From: Candidatus Caccoplasma sp.
GTDB lineage: Bacteria > Bacteroidota > Bacteroidia > Bacteroidales > G3-4614
Direction of reading: 5' to 3'
DNA length: 64,000 nt
NCBI GenBank assembly: GCA_045587545.1
Contig: JAZNCN010000028.1
Coordinates: 143,425-207,424, forward strand
Shown here: piece by piece, positions 1 through 8,921 of the stretch
Layout: each line of letters begins with the position of its first letter
How positions within the stretch are numbered: the stretch's first letter is position 1
Notes under the pieces: model-generated
What the model was told of the DNA's origin: nothing
Databases searched by the model: none
Seen by the model: the letters and a program-made list of their open reading frames with translations, nothing else
Translations under genes and position numbers: made by a program

Positions 1-784
1 TAATCTCCCAGAAAATCTTTTCTGGCAATACAGTACTAACTGAACTCCATTCGCCATTTGCAAGCGGAGTGATTGTTGGACTTTTTATTCCGGGAAGAAC
101 TTCAAGAACATTATCAATTGCTACATTGGGGACATTCATTAATACATATTTCTTATTTTCTGCCGCTTGAACTGCCTCTATACGGAACAATAACTCGTCA
201 AGTATCTCTTTCTTCTCTGATGATAAATTTTTATTAGCTATAAGAACAGCATCAGATTCAATTATTATCTCTACCTCTTTTAATCTGTTGCTTACCAAAG
301 TACTACCGGAACTTACTATATCAAAAATTGCATCAGCCAATCCAATTCCCGGTGCAATTTCAACAGAACCGGTTATTACATGAATATCGGCAGAGATACC
401 CTTCTCATCTAAGAATTTCTTTAATATAACAGGGTATGATGTTGCTATTTTCTTACCGTTAAACCACTCTACTCCCGGATAATCAAGATCTTTTGGAATT
501 GCTAATGACAAACGACATTTACTAAAACCTAAATTTTTAACAATATCGGCATTTTTCTCTTTTTCAAGATACTCGTTTAATCCAACAATTCCTATATCTG
601 CAATACCAGAAGCTACCGACTCCGGAATATCATCATCTCTCAAAAATAAAGCCTCCATTGGGAAATTGCGAGATGGGACTAATAATGTACGCTTTGATGA
701 AGAGAATTTTATTCCCGATTCAGTTAATAACTCCATTGTTTCGTCAAAAAGACGACCTTTTGATTGTACAGCAATTCTTAACAT
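1..784 (-). CDS. hisG: ATP phosphoribosyltransferase, long form; 3' end runs off the window
   Basis: Not in the ORF track because there is no stop in the window. Manual translation from the ATG at 784-782 gives MLRIAVQSKGRLFDETMELLTESGIKF...DIGIVGLNEYLEK...SGSTLVSNRLKEVE, which is HisG-like. The frame stays open to position 1. Confidence 0.85.
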   Translation of the reverse strand, partial: MLRIAVQSKGRLFDETMELLTESGIKFSSSKRTLLVPSRNFPMEALFLRDDDIPESVASGIADIGIVGLNEYLEKEKNADIVKNLGFSKCRLSLAIPKDLDYPGVEWFNGKKIATSYPVILKKFLDEKGISADIHVITGSVEIAPGIGLADAIFDIVSSGSTLVSNRLKEVEIIIESDAVLIANKNLSSEKKEILDELLFRIEAVQAAENKKYVLMNVPNVAIDNVLEVLPGIKSPTITPLANGEWSSVSTVLPEKIFWEI

Positions 785-815
785 AGTAGTAATATTTTAA
801 TTTAAATTTTACAAT

Positions 816-847
816 ATAAAAAAGGCTTACCTATGTTTGGTAAGCCT
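816..847 (-). terminator. Rho-independent terminator acting as the his attenuator, between the leader ORF and hisG
   Basis: On the minus strand: aggcttacc-aaacata-ggtaagcct followed by ttttt. That is a 9-bp stem (839-847 with 823-831). The upstream segment gaggtaagc (887-879) can pair with the 5' arm instead, giving an antiterminator. Confidence 0.7.
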
Positions 848-889
848 CTATGTTATTTTATAATTGATACACGAAACCGCTTACCTCGT

Positions 890-937
890 TTATGAGTTAA
901 GATGATGGTGATGTATATGGTTACGTGTTATTATCAT
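890..937 (-). CDS. his operon leader peptide, 15 aa: MIITRNHIHHHHLNS
   Basis: Codon-by-codon reading of the minus strand: atg ata ata aca cgt aac cat ata cat cac cat cat ctt aac tca taa. Five of 15 codons are His. It lies 21 nt downstream of a TATCTTTG box and directly upstream of the attenuator and hisG. Confidence 0.7.
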   Translation of the reverse strand: MIITRNHIHHHHLNS

Positions 938-947
938 TTTAAACTTA

Positions 948-1050
948 TTATCTTCTGCAAAGATAGTGCAAACCGAGAGCAGAGTCAAACAAGTTTGAAC
1001 TATGCCGAGGTGCCACCTATTTTCGCATAAGTTTATCTTCTGCAAAGATA
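948..1050. repeat. 18-bp direct duplication (ttatcttctgcaaagata at 948-965 and 1033-1050) bracketing a 67-nt element
   Basis: Exact 18/18 match read from the sequence. The intervening 966-1032 shares a caaa-N-aagttt...tgccgag core with 9931-9990. Confidence 0.6.
958..965 (-). promoter_or_regulatory. Bacteroidetes -7 promoter box TAnnTTTG (TATCTTTG) for the his leader transcript
   Basis: Plus-strand caaagata at 958-965. An identical box lies at 1043-1050 inside the duplicated 18-mer. Confidence 0.45.
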
Positions 1051-1129
1051 AATAAAATTAGACTCTTAACAAAATATATTTTATAATTTTAATAGCAATT
1101 AATGACACATTGGCAGATATTATGTCATT

Positions 1130-1375
1130 TTATTTATCTTCTTTAATCTCTTCATATTCGACATACTCTCCTTCATTGGGGCCAAATACTTTTGCGCGAC
1201 GTTCTGCTGTCGTATAAGTTCTATCGTTACTTTGTCTGTTGGAATCTGCTCCTCTCTTTGGAGAAAAAAACTTGTTAAATCCGCCAAATAATCCTCTTAT
1301 TATAGACCCGGCAGCAAATAAAACGGCCAACACTATAAAAAGAACAAATATTAATAATCCAAATATTAAATGCAT
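1130..1375 (-). CDS. DUF4834-like small membrane protein
   Basis: 81 aa with an N-terminal TM helix and an acidic C-terminus (GEYVEYEEIKEDK). Sits next to pssA/psd, the usual Bacteroidetes context. Confidence 0.6.
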   Translation of the reverse strand: MHLIFGLLIFVLFIVLAVLFAAGSIIRGLFGGFNKFFSPKRGADSNRQSNDRTYTTAERRAKVFGPNEGEYVEYEEIKEDK

Positions 1376-1479
1376 ATTTAAAACAATTTAAGGCACACTG
1401 AAACATCAGTTGCTGTTATTACATTTATATTGACAAAAAGTGTGCCTAATAAAAAAAACTATATTGCGTCGTTTAAAGT

Positions 1480-2199
1480 TTATTTATTCAAACATTTATT
1501 CTGAATAAATGACAAGATAATATAGAAAAGAATTGTAGGAGCTAATCCTCCAAAGCCCAAGAAAGATACCAGCAATATTGTTCCCAAAACAAGTATATAG
1601 CGGATATAATTATCTTTAATACCATAGTTTGAAAATTTTAATGAAAACATTGGCATTTCAGATACCATCATATATGAAAACAATAGTACAAGTAGAATCC
1701 AAACATAAATATTATCGAGCCACTCATATTTTGCAGCCATAGTGTAATATCCTATCCAAAATAGAGCATTCGCAGGTACAGGCAACCCAATGAAAGATGT
1801 TGACTGTCGAGTATCAATATTGAATTTTGCCAATCTCAATCCAGCAAAAACAGGAATCATAAATGCCAACCATGGAAGATACTCCCACCACCAATCAGTA
1901 TGCGCAGGAGATATTATCATATATGCCAACTGCATTGCAATAACTCCGGGAGCAAAGCCAAATGTAATCAAATCAGCCAATGAATCAAGCTCTTTACCCA
2001 TTGGAGAATAAGCTTTTAACAGACGTGCTGCAAAACCGTCCATAAAATCAAATATGGCACCAGCACATATTAGCATTCCTGCCAAATATACATATTGTGC
2101 ATTTGCATAGCCTTTAAATGCAAACATACATGCTAAACAACCACATAGCAGATTTAGACAGGTTATGCTATTGGGAATATGTTTTTTTATAGAAATCAT
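1480..2199 (-). CDS. pssA: CDP-diacylglycerol--serine O-phosphatidyltransferase
   Basis: CDP-alcohol phosphatidyltransferase motif DFMDGFAARLL...GKELDSLADLITFG. Multi-TM, 239 aa, adjacent to psd. Confidence 0.85.
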   Translation of the reverse strand: MISIKKHIPNSITCLNLLCGCLACMFAFKGYANAQYVYLAGMLICAGAIFDFMDGFAARLLKAYSPMGKELDSLADLITFGFAPGVIAMQLAYMIISPAHTDWWWEYLPWLAFMIPVFAGLRLAKFNIDTRQSTSFIGLPVPANALFWIGYYTMAAKYEWLDNIYVWILLVLLFSYMMVSEMPMFSLKFSNYGIKDNYIRYILVLGTILLVSFLGFGGLAPTILFYIILSFIQNKCLNK

Positions 2200-2211
2200 A
2201 ATAAAACAATC

Positions 2212-2904
2212 TTAATCTTGTAATGGTATTTGAGCTATTTTGGTTACGCCACCTACAGTTTTATCGCCTATATTTACAAGAGTTTCAGTACCTATAGGTA
2301 AATAGATATCAACCCGCGAACCAAATTTTATAAATCCCATATGGTCTTCTATAGAACACTCGTCTCCAACTTCGGCATATGTTACAATACGGCGAGCACA
2401 AGCACCAGCTATTTGACGTGCAAGAATTTGTTCTCCGTTAGGCATCTCCATTACAATAGTTGAACGTTCGTTCTCGGTACTCGACTTGGGAAGATATGCT
2501 GCCATAAATCGTCCGTTTTGATGACTAACATGAACAACCTTTCCTGTTACCGGAAACCAATTGGCGTGAACATTGAAGATGTTCATAAATATTGAAAGTT
2601 GAAGGCGTCTGTCTTTGAAGTACTCATTTTCCATAACCTCTTCAAGAGCCACTACAACTCCATCGGCAGAAGCAATGATATCATGCTCTTCATTAAAATA
2701 TCCCGGATAAGTTCTTCTTGGAGAACGGAAAAAATTCATTACAACAAGGAAAAACAACACCGATAATGAGAGAAAGAATATAAAAATCCACTTGGTATCA
2801 ATTACAAAATACGAAATAGTATTAAGTGCTGCCAATATCAAGAAAAGACCTATCAATATTTCTCTTCCTTCTCTATGAATTTTATGTATTTTTACCTTCA
2901 TCAT
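2212..2904 (-). CDS. psd: phosphatidylserine decarboxylase proenzyme
   Basis: 230 aa with an N-terminal TM and the C-terminal self-cleavage region GFIKFGSRVDIYLP. Confidence 0.85.
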   Translation of the reverse strand: MMKVKIHKIHREGREILIGLFLILAALNTISYFVIDTKWIFIFFLSLSVLFFLVVMNFFRSPRRTYPGYFNEEHDIIASADGVVVALEEVMENEYFKDRRLQLSIFMNIFNVHANWFPVTGKVVHVSHQNGRFMAAYLPKSSTENERSTIVMEMPNGEQILARQIAGACARRIVTYAEVGDECSIEDHMGFIKFGSRVDIYLPIGTETLVNIGDKTVGGVTKIAQIPLQD

Positions 2905-3108
2905 TAAAAAATTATAGAGTATTTATACTTCAAGACTAATCAAAGAAAACTAAATATTAGTTTAGCATTGACCATATTTGAAACAAAGATAATATATTTT
3001 TTATAAATTTGTAGCGATTTTCAAATGATGTTTAAATTTTTATTAAAAAAATTTTTTACGGATATTTGAAAATGTCACATTATGATGTTTTGAAATTTCA
3101 AAAAAAAT

Positions 3109-4020
3109 ATGCGAATTAAACATAAACAAAAGAACTTTGATAAAGGGAAAAATAGAAGTGCTGAAACAATCGTAGAGAACACTGATAGTTTATTAAATTA
3201 CTTATTTAAAATATATTCAGACAGAAGCAAAACCACTGTCAAAAGCTGGCTTTCACATCGTCAGGTTGCTATAAACGGAAATCCGGAAACTGCGTATGAC
3301 GCTCCTTTAATGCCCGGAGACAAAGTGTTGATAAACTTTGAGAAGGGTTTTAAAGTGTTTAAAAACAATAGAATAAAAATTGTTTATGAAGATGACTATA
3401 TAATTGTTGCAAACAAAGGTTATGGATTGTTGTCTGTCTCTTCAGACAGAGTTAAAGAGAATACTGCATACCGAATTTTAAGCGACTATCTAAAAGAGGA
3501 TAATCCGTATGCAAAACTTTTTGTAATTCACCGATTAGACCGAGACACCTCTGGGTTGATAATGTATGCAAAATCAGAAGATGTTCAATTTAAACTTCAA
3601 CGTTCTTGGAATGAGATGGTCCTTGACCGACGATATGTAGCCGTAATTCATGGAGCAATTGAACCATCTGAAGGAGAAATTTCATCTTATCTTACCGAGA
3701 ATAGCGTTCACCACGTATATTCAACTACCGATAAGGAGAATGGTCAGTTTGCATTAACAAAATACAAAACATTACAAAGCAATAGTCGTTTTTCGCTTGT
3801 TGAATTGCAACTATCCACAGGACGTAAAAACCAAATAAGGGTACACATGTCGGAGAGCGGACACCCGATAGCCGGCGATAAAAGATATGGTTCTAAAGAA
3901 AATCCTCTTGGAAGATTATCTCTTCACGCATTCCGTCTTAGATTTGTACACCCAATAACCCGACAGGATATGCTGTTTGAGACTCCTTTGCCTCCGCAAT
4001 TTGTAAAGGTAACAAGGTAA
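3109..4020 (+). CDS. RluA-family 23S rRNA pseudouridine synthase with an N-terminal S4-like domain
   Basis: Catalytic motif HRLDRDTSGLIMYAK and the C-terminal GRKNQIRVH motif. Confidence 0.85.
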   Translation: MRIKHKQKNFDKGKNRSAETIVENTDSLLNYLFKIYSDRSKTTVKSWLSHRQVAINGNPETAYDAPLMPGDKVLINFEKGFKVFKNNRIKIVYEDDYIIVANKGYGLLSVSSDRVKENTAYRILSDYLKEDNPYAKLFVIHRLDRDTSGLIMYAKSEDVQFKLQRSWNEMVLDRRYVAVIHGAIEPSEGEISSYLTENSVHHVYSTTDKENGQFALTKYKTLQSNSRFSLVELQLSTGRKNQIRVHMSESGHPIAGDKRYGSKENPLGRLSLHAFRLRFVHPITRQDMLFETPLPPQFVKVTR

Positions 4021-4054
4021 TTTAGGGGTAAGAAAGTTTTACGAAAAATCCCTT

Positions 4055-6121
4055 CTATTCCGAAATAAGTTTTATAACATTGTAAGCCGGCACCATACCT
4101 AATTCACCTGCCTTGCTTAAATCGGCAATAGCCTTTTCGTTATTACCAATATAGGTATGTACCAATCCTCGATTAAAATATGCTTCAGCAAAATCGGGAT
4201 TAAGTTCTATGGCTCTATTATAATCTGCCAATGCAGCATTGAAATCTTTGCGTTCGCATCTTATATTAGCTCTATTGTAGTATGAGTATGGGAAATTGGG
4301 CGATATGGCAATAACTTTATCATAATCGCGTAAAACCATCTCATACTCAAGTGCTATTGCCTTATCGTTTAAAGCAATATTGGGTTTTGAAAGCATATTA
4401 TCTCCTATGTGAGAGCCTGTCTGTTTATCAACGTTTGTTGATGATAATGTATATTCAATACGTTTATATCTAACAACTGCACGTAAAAAATAAGCAAATA
4501 TAAAGTTATCGCCTGCCGATATAATTCTACTTAAATCCTCAATTGCTCCATTAAAATCTTGTATAAGCATAAAATCTATGGCACGCGCCATATATGGAAC
4601 TGCATTATTCGGATTTATATCTATTAAACGCGTATTGTCCGATATTGAATTAAAATGACGAACTATCTTTAGAGAGTCAAGACTCGCTTCGCGATTGGTA
4701 AGTTTTAATGAGCGTGGCAATATCCTTGCCCTATTCAAATCGTCAAGATCCTTTGAATACTTTTTGGGAAGATTTAATTGAGATGGTTCCTCATAATAGG
4801 TAAGGGTGATTTGTGGCTCAATTTTAAGTTTGTATTTATTATCTTGCACCCTACCCCTTATAGTACTCTCATAACCGGTTTTTATAGAAGTATCATCAGA
4901 GACCAAAAGTCTGTCAAATTTATTTATGCTCTTATCCGACTCGCGACGGACTTTTGTCATATCATCATAGTTTATTGAATCGCCTGACGCTCTTCGCTGT
5001 TTTGCCTCCTCTTCCAACTTCATGGCATAATCAAAATCTTTTTTACCCCCTTTCAGGTCGCCAAGTTTACGAAGAGCTTCGGAACGGGCAAAATATACCC
5101 CTGCAAAATCGGGGTACTCCTCAATAACACGAGTATAATCTTTTACCGCTTTACGGTACATTGCCAAACGGTCATAGAGAATTGCTCTGTTATATACTGC
5201 AAATATATCATCAGGTCGGATATTCAACAATTGCGAAAAATCGTCAATGGCATAATTATACTCTCCTACCTGCATACGTAATAATCCTCTGTTATAAAGA
5301 GCCAGAGTATTTGAAGGCTCTTCCTCAACCACATGATTATAGTCTGCCATTGCACCACGCAAATCGTTTGCATGATATCTCAAAACCGCTCTATTTATGT
5401 AATATGCCAAAATCTTAGGGTCAATTTTAATTGCTTTGCTAAGGTCTGAAATTGCATCGTCCTGAGAGTTTCCAAGCATAAAATTAATCATACCCCTTTG
5501 CGCATATCCATACGAAGAGTATTTATCAATATCAAGAGCTCGTTCAACATCTGACAAAGCCCCAATGGTATCGCCATTTTGAATACGATATTGACTGCGA
5601 CTTATATATGCATTATAATATCCGGGGTGACAATTTATAAGATATGCATATGTACTATCGGCGGCCTCAAATTGTTTATCCTCAACCTGAGCAATAGCCT
5701 TATTAATCAAAAATGTTTTATCCTCCGGTAAATACTCGAGCGCCTTGTTATAATCGGCAATTGCACCTTTGTTATCGCCCATATTTTGGCGAGCTACTCC
5801 TCGTACATGGTATGCTCCGATAATAAATGGATTATACTCAATACAGACCGTACAATCCTCCTCTGCCCCTTTATAATCGTCAAGGCTTAATTTGGCTGCT
5901 CCACGTAAAAAATAGGGTTCTGCCATATAAGGCTTTACCTTAATTACTTGATTAAAGTATTGTATTGCAAGTATATAATCTTCAAAATATAGGGCATTAC
6001 GACCAATATTCATAACCCTATCAGTATTCAGTTGGGCTGAAACACCGATAGGTAACAAAAGCATAATTACAATAAATAAAGCCTTTATAGCAGTTGATAT
6101 ATTGAGTATTAAATCTTTCAT
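4055..6121 (-). CDS. tetratricopeptide (TPR) repeat protein with signal peptide
   Basis: 688 aa with many 34-aa repeats of the form A..Y..AI...P....AY..RG. Confidence 0.8.
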   Translation of the reverse strand: MKDLILNISTAIKALFIVIMLLLPIGVSAQLNTDRVMNIGRNALYFEDYILAIQYFNQVIKVKPYMAEPYFLRGAAKLSLDDYKGAEEDCTVCIEYNPFIIGAYHVRGVARQNMGDNKGAIADYNKALEYLPEDKTFLINKAIAQVEDKQFEAADSTYAYLINCHPGYYNAYISRSQYRIQNGDTIGALSDVERALDIDKYSSYGYAQRGMINFMLGNSQDDAISDLSKAIKIDPKILAYYINRAVLRYHANDLRGAMADYNHVVEEEPSNTLALYNRGLLRMQVGEYNYAIDDFSQLLNIRPDDIFAVYNRAILYDRLAMYRKAVKDYTRVIEEYPDFAGVYFARSEALRKLGDLKGGKKDFDYAMKLEEEAKQRRASGDSINYDDMTKVRRESDKSINKFDRLLVSDDTSIKTGYESTIRGRVQDNKYKLKIEPQITLTYYEEPSQLNLPKKYSKDLDDLNRARILPRSLKLTNREASLDSLKIVRHFNSISDNTRLIDINPNNAVPYMARAIDFMLIQDFNGAIEDLSRIISAGDNFIFAYFLRAVVRYKRIEYTLSSTNVDKQTGSHIGDNMLSKPNIALNDKAIALEYEMVLRDYDKVIAISPNFPYSYYNRANIRCERKDFNAALADYNRAIELNPDFAEAYFNRGLVHTYIGNNEKAIADLSKAGELGMVPAYNVIKLISE

Positions 6122-6267
6122 AAATTTTTACAACGCGAAGATAACTCATTTTTTCTTAACCTCGTTGTTTGTTCTTTTATTTTTATTTGTTACTTTAGCA
6201 CCAGTATTACTAATCAGATGTTTTTAATCTCTGATTATTTGACACAACTCAAATTGATTGGTTTAGT

Positions 6268-6903
6268 ATGTATAATAACAAAATCATAGTTACAATAGGT
6301 CGCCAATTTGGAAGCGGCGGTAGAGTTATAGGCAAAGAGATTGCAAAACGAATGGGCTTTGACTACTTTGATAAGGAGCTTTTGAAAGAGGCTGCAAAGG
6401 TTAGCGGATTGGATTGCCGTTGCTTTGAGCAAGCCGATGAAAAAGAGTTATTTGCCATTCCTAATGTATTCTCCTCAAATTGGTTATCATTTGGGTTGGG
6501 TTCTGATTGCAATAGTTCAATGTCAAGCGAGCAGATATTCAAGAGCCAATCGGACGTTATTAAAATGATTGCAGACAAAGGCAACTGTGTTATTGTTGGC
6601 AGATGTGCCGACTATATATTAAGAGATTATCCAAATTGCATAAATTTTTTCATTCTTGCACCATTTGAAGCAAGAGTTGAGCGAGTAATGTCGCGCGAAA
6701 AAATCAGCGAAAAAGATGCTGCAGCTATTGTAAAGAGACACGACAAACAACGTGCAACATACTATAACTTTTTTACCGACAAAACATGGGGAGATGGTAA
6801 AACATACCACTTCTCAATTGACTCATCTGTTTTAGGTATCCCCGAAACCTGCGATATTATTTGCAGTTACATAAACAAGTATAAATCAACATTATTGATT
6901 TAG
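6268..6903 (+). CDS. cytidylate kinase-like family protein
   Basis: N-terminus IIVTIGRQFGSGGRVIGKEIAKRMGFDYFDKELL is typical of the PF13189-type family. Confidence 0.7.
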   Translation: MYNNKIIVTIGRQFGSGGRVIGKEIAKRMGFDYFDKELLKEAAKVSGLDCRCFEQADEKELFAIPNVFSSNWLSFGLGSDCNSSMSSEQIFKSQSDVIKMIADKGNCVIVGRCADYILRDYPNCINFFILAPFEARVERVMSREKISEKDAAAIVKRHDKQRATYYNFFTDKTWGDGKTYHFSIDSSVLGIPETCDIICSYINKYKSTLLI

Positions 6904-6912
6904 TTTATAGAT

Positions 6913-8208
6913 ATGCAAAACAGACAACCTGCCATAAAAGATTTTGATAATCTCGAGTTTAAGATGCCCTATTTAATAAATTCCGAGGCAGGTATTCCCA
7001 TATATGTATATGAGGGTGAAAAAATAGAGGTTTGCAGAGTTGATGTAATATTCTTCTGCGGTTCGTATAACGAAGATATAATACTTACAGCACAAACTAC
7101 AGCTGAATTAATAACAGAGGCAACATTAAAGAAAAGCTCATCAGTTTTTACCGAGCTAATTGATTTTTATGGTGGGTGGATAACAAAATGTTGTGCCAAA
7201 CACTTTACTACATTTACACTGTATGTCCCTGTAAGAACATATAAAAAACTTCTCCCCCTCTTCTTTGAAGCAATATCATCTCCACGTTTCAGCAAGCGAG
7301 ATTTAGAGAGATATAAACGCCAATTAATAGAGGGAATGAAGATAAACAAAAAAAAGGTTGATGTAATCTCATCAGAGATATTCCGCAAACAACTTTTTGG
7401 ATCTCACCCTTATGGTGTTACGCCCCAACCCGATGATTGCAACGCACTTAACAACGAAATACTTAAAGCATTCCATAACAAATGGTTTTATGCTTCAAAC
7501 TGCAACGTGGTTATATCGGGAGCAGTAACAGAAGATATGGTAAATATGTTACAAAAAGAGCTGTTACGAATACCTCAAAAAGAGCATATTACACCCAATA
7601 AAATTGCTATTGACAATAACATCAGTGAAACACTCTTTGTAAAAGAGGTTGAAAATGCAATGCAAAGTTCTGTTAGGATTGGCGCAAGAGTTATTAATAA
7701 CGATAATGCCGACCACTACAAACTACAAATTGTAAACACTGCATTAGGTGGATATTTTGGTAGCCGACTAAGTAAAAATATCAGAGAAGAGAAAGGTTAT
7801 ACATACGGTATATATTCGGGGATATTGGCTTTGCCTGATGCAGCACATTTTATGATTCTATCTCAAACAGGCATAAATTTTACTAAACCATTAATAAAAG
7901 AGGCAGAAAAAGAGATTATAAGAATTAAAGAAGAGCCTATCCCCAATGACGAATTGACAAGCCTTAAAGGATATATGCTCGGCAGTTATGCAAGAATGTT
8001 TGATACACGCTTCACCCTTGCCGATGCCTTTATATCGTTATTAACAAGTTACAAATCTCTGTCGGGCAAAGAGATTGACTTCAAAGATATATTCAATAAA
8101 CGCATAAACGAGATAAAAAGCATTACAGCAGACACTATTCTTGAAACTGCACAAAAATACCTGCCTGATTACACCGATATGATAACTGTTGTTGCAGGAA
8201 AGTTTTAG
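6913..8208 (+). CDS. M16 (insulinase/pitrilysin) family peptidase-like protein
   Basis: 431 aa with an M16 C-terminal-domain-like sequence. I saw no HxxEH motif, so it may be a non-catalytic subunit. Confidence 0.6.
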   Translation: MQNRQPAIKDFDNLEFKMPYLINSEAGIPIYVYEGEKIEVCRVDVIFFCGSYNEDIILTAQTTAELITEATLKKSSSVFTELIDFYGGWITKCCAKHFTTFTLYVPVRTYKKLLPLFFEAISSPRFSKRDLERYKRQLIEGMKINKKKVDVISSEIFRKQLFGSHPYGVTPQPDDCNALNNEILKAFHNKWFYASNCNVVISGAVTEDMVNMLQKELLRIPQKEHITPNKIAIDNNISETLFVKEVENAMQSSVRIGARVINNDNADHYKLQIVNTALGGYFGSRLSKNIREEKGYTYGIYSGILALPDAAHFMILSQTGINFTKPLIKEAEKEIIRIKEEPIPNDELTSLKGYMLGSYARMFDTRFTLADAFISLLTSYKSLSGKEIDFKDIFNKRINEIKSITADTILETAQKYLPDYTDMITVVAGKF

Positions 8209-8921
8209 TAGTTGTTAGTTATCAGCCAAGTAGGGACACAGCATGCTGTGTCCCTACTTGCATGGTTACAGAATTTTGCACCTCAGCTTATATGATTATC
8301 AATATCTTAATGTAGGGACGTACCATGGTACGTCCGAAAGAATAAAGAATAATAAATAGTTATTAGAGCCTTTATTGCTAATAACTAAGGTGCGTGGGTA
8401 GCACCATACAACTAAAAACTGACAACTTTTGACGCTCTTTTCAGTGGCATTTTAAGGTAATTACAAAGAAATTACCTTAAAATATCCTAAGGGTAGTTTA
8501 CAAACTTTGTCTGAAAGACTTTTGGCAAACCTGTTTGCCATTCAATAGCCGTAGGTTTTCAAACCTACGGAAAGAGTAAGATAGAACAATCACCGTCTGT
8601 AAAGACGGGAAGGTTGAATTTTGTGGTTTCCCGTCCTTCAGACGGACAAAGAAGATGGATCCTTTTCCCGTAGGTTTGAAAACCTACGGCTATTAAGTAG
8701 TTTCGCTTCGCTCAACCTGGTCTTATCAGACCATTTTTGAGAATCATTTACAGATGTAATATATTGTGTTATTTACAAGCAAAAGGTTGTAACGCGTACT
8801 ATTACGTTACAACCTCTTGCTTATTATTGAGTGTTATTCTAAAAACTAAAAACCACCCCGAAGGGGCAACGAAGTTGAAAACTAACAACTAAAAACTAAA
8901 TTTAGACGCTTGCGTTTAAAT
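8209..8921. repeat. 713-bp non-coding island made of concatenated hairpins/palindromes and AACTAAC-type motifs
   Basis: Perfect palindromes at 8229-8258 (agtagggacacagcatgctgtgtccctact) and 8316-8335 (ggacgtaccatggtacgtcc). Hairpins at 8357-8387, 8449-8483 and 8784-8815. Nested 149-bp palindrome at 8545-8693. No ORF of 60 aa or more lies inside it; only the 8910..9206 shadow ORF clips its last 12 bp. Confidence 0.8.

Noticed and set aside
6913-8208. M16 peptidase as an active protease
   Set aside because: I could not find the HxxEH zinc motif in the 431-aa sequence. It is therefore annotated only as M16-family-like, possibly a non-catalytic partner.
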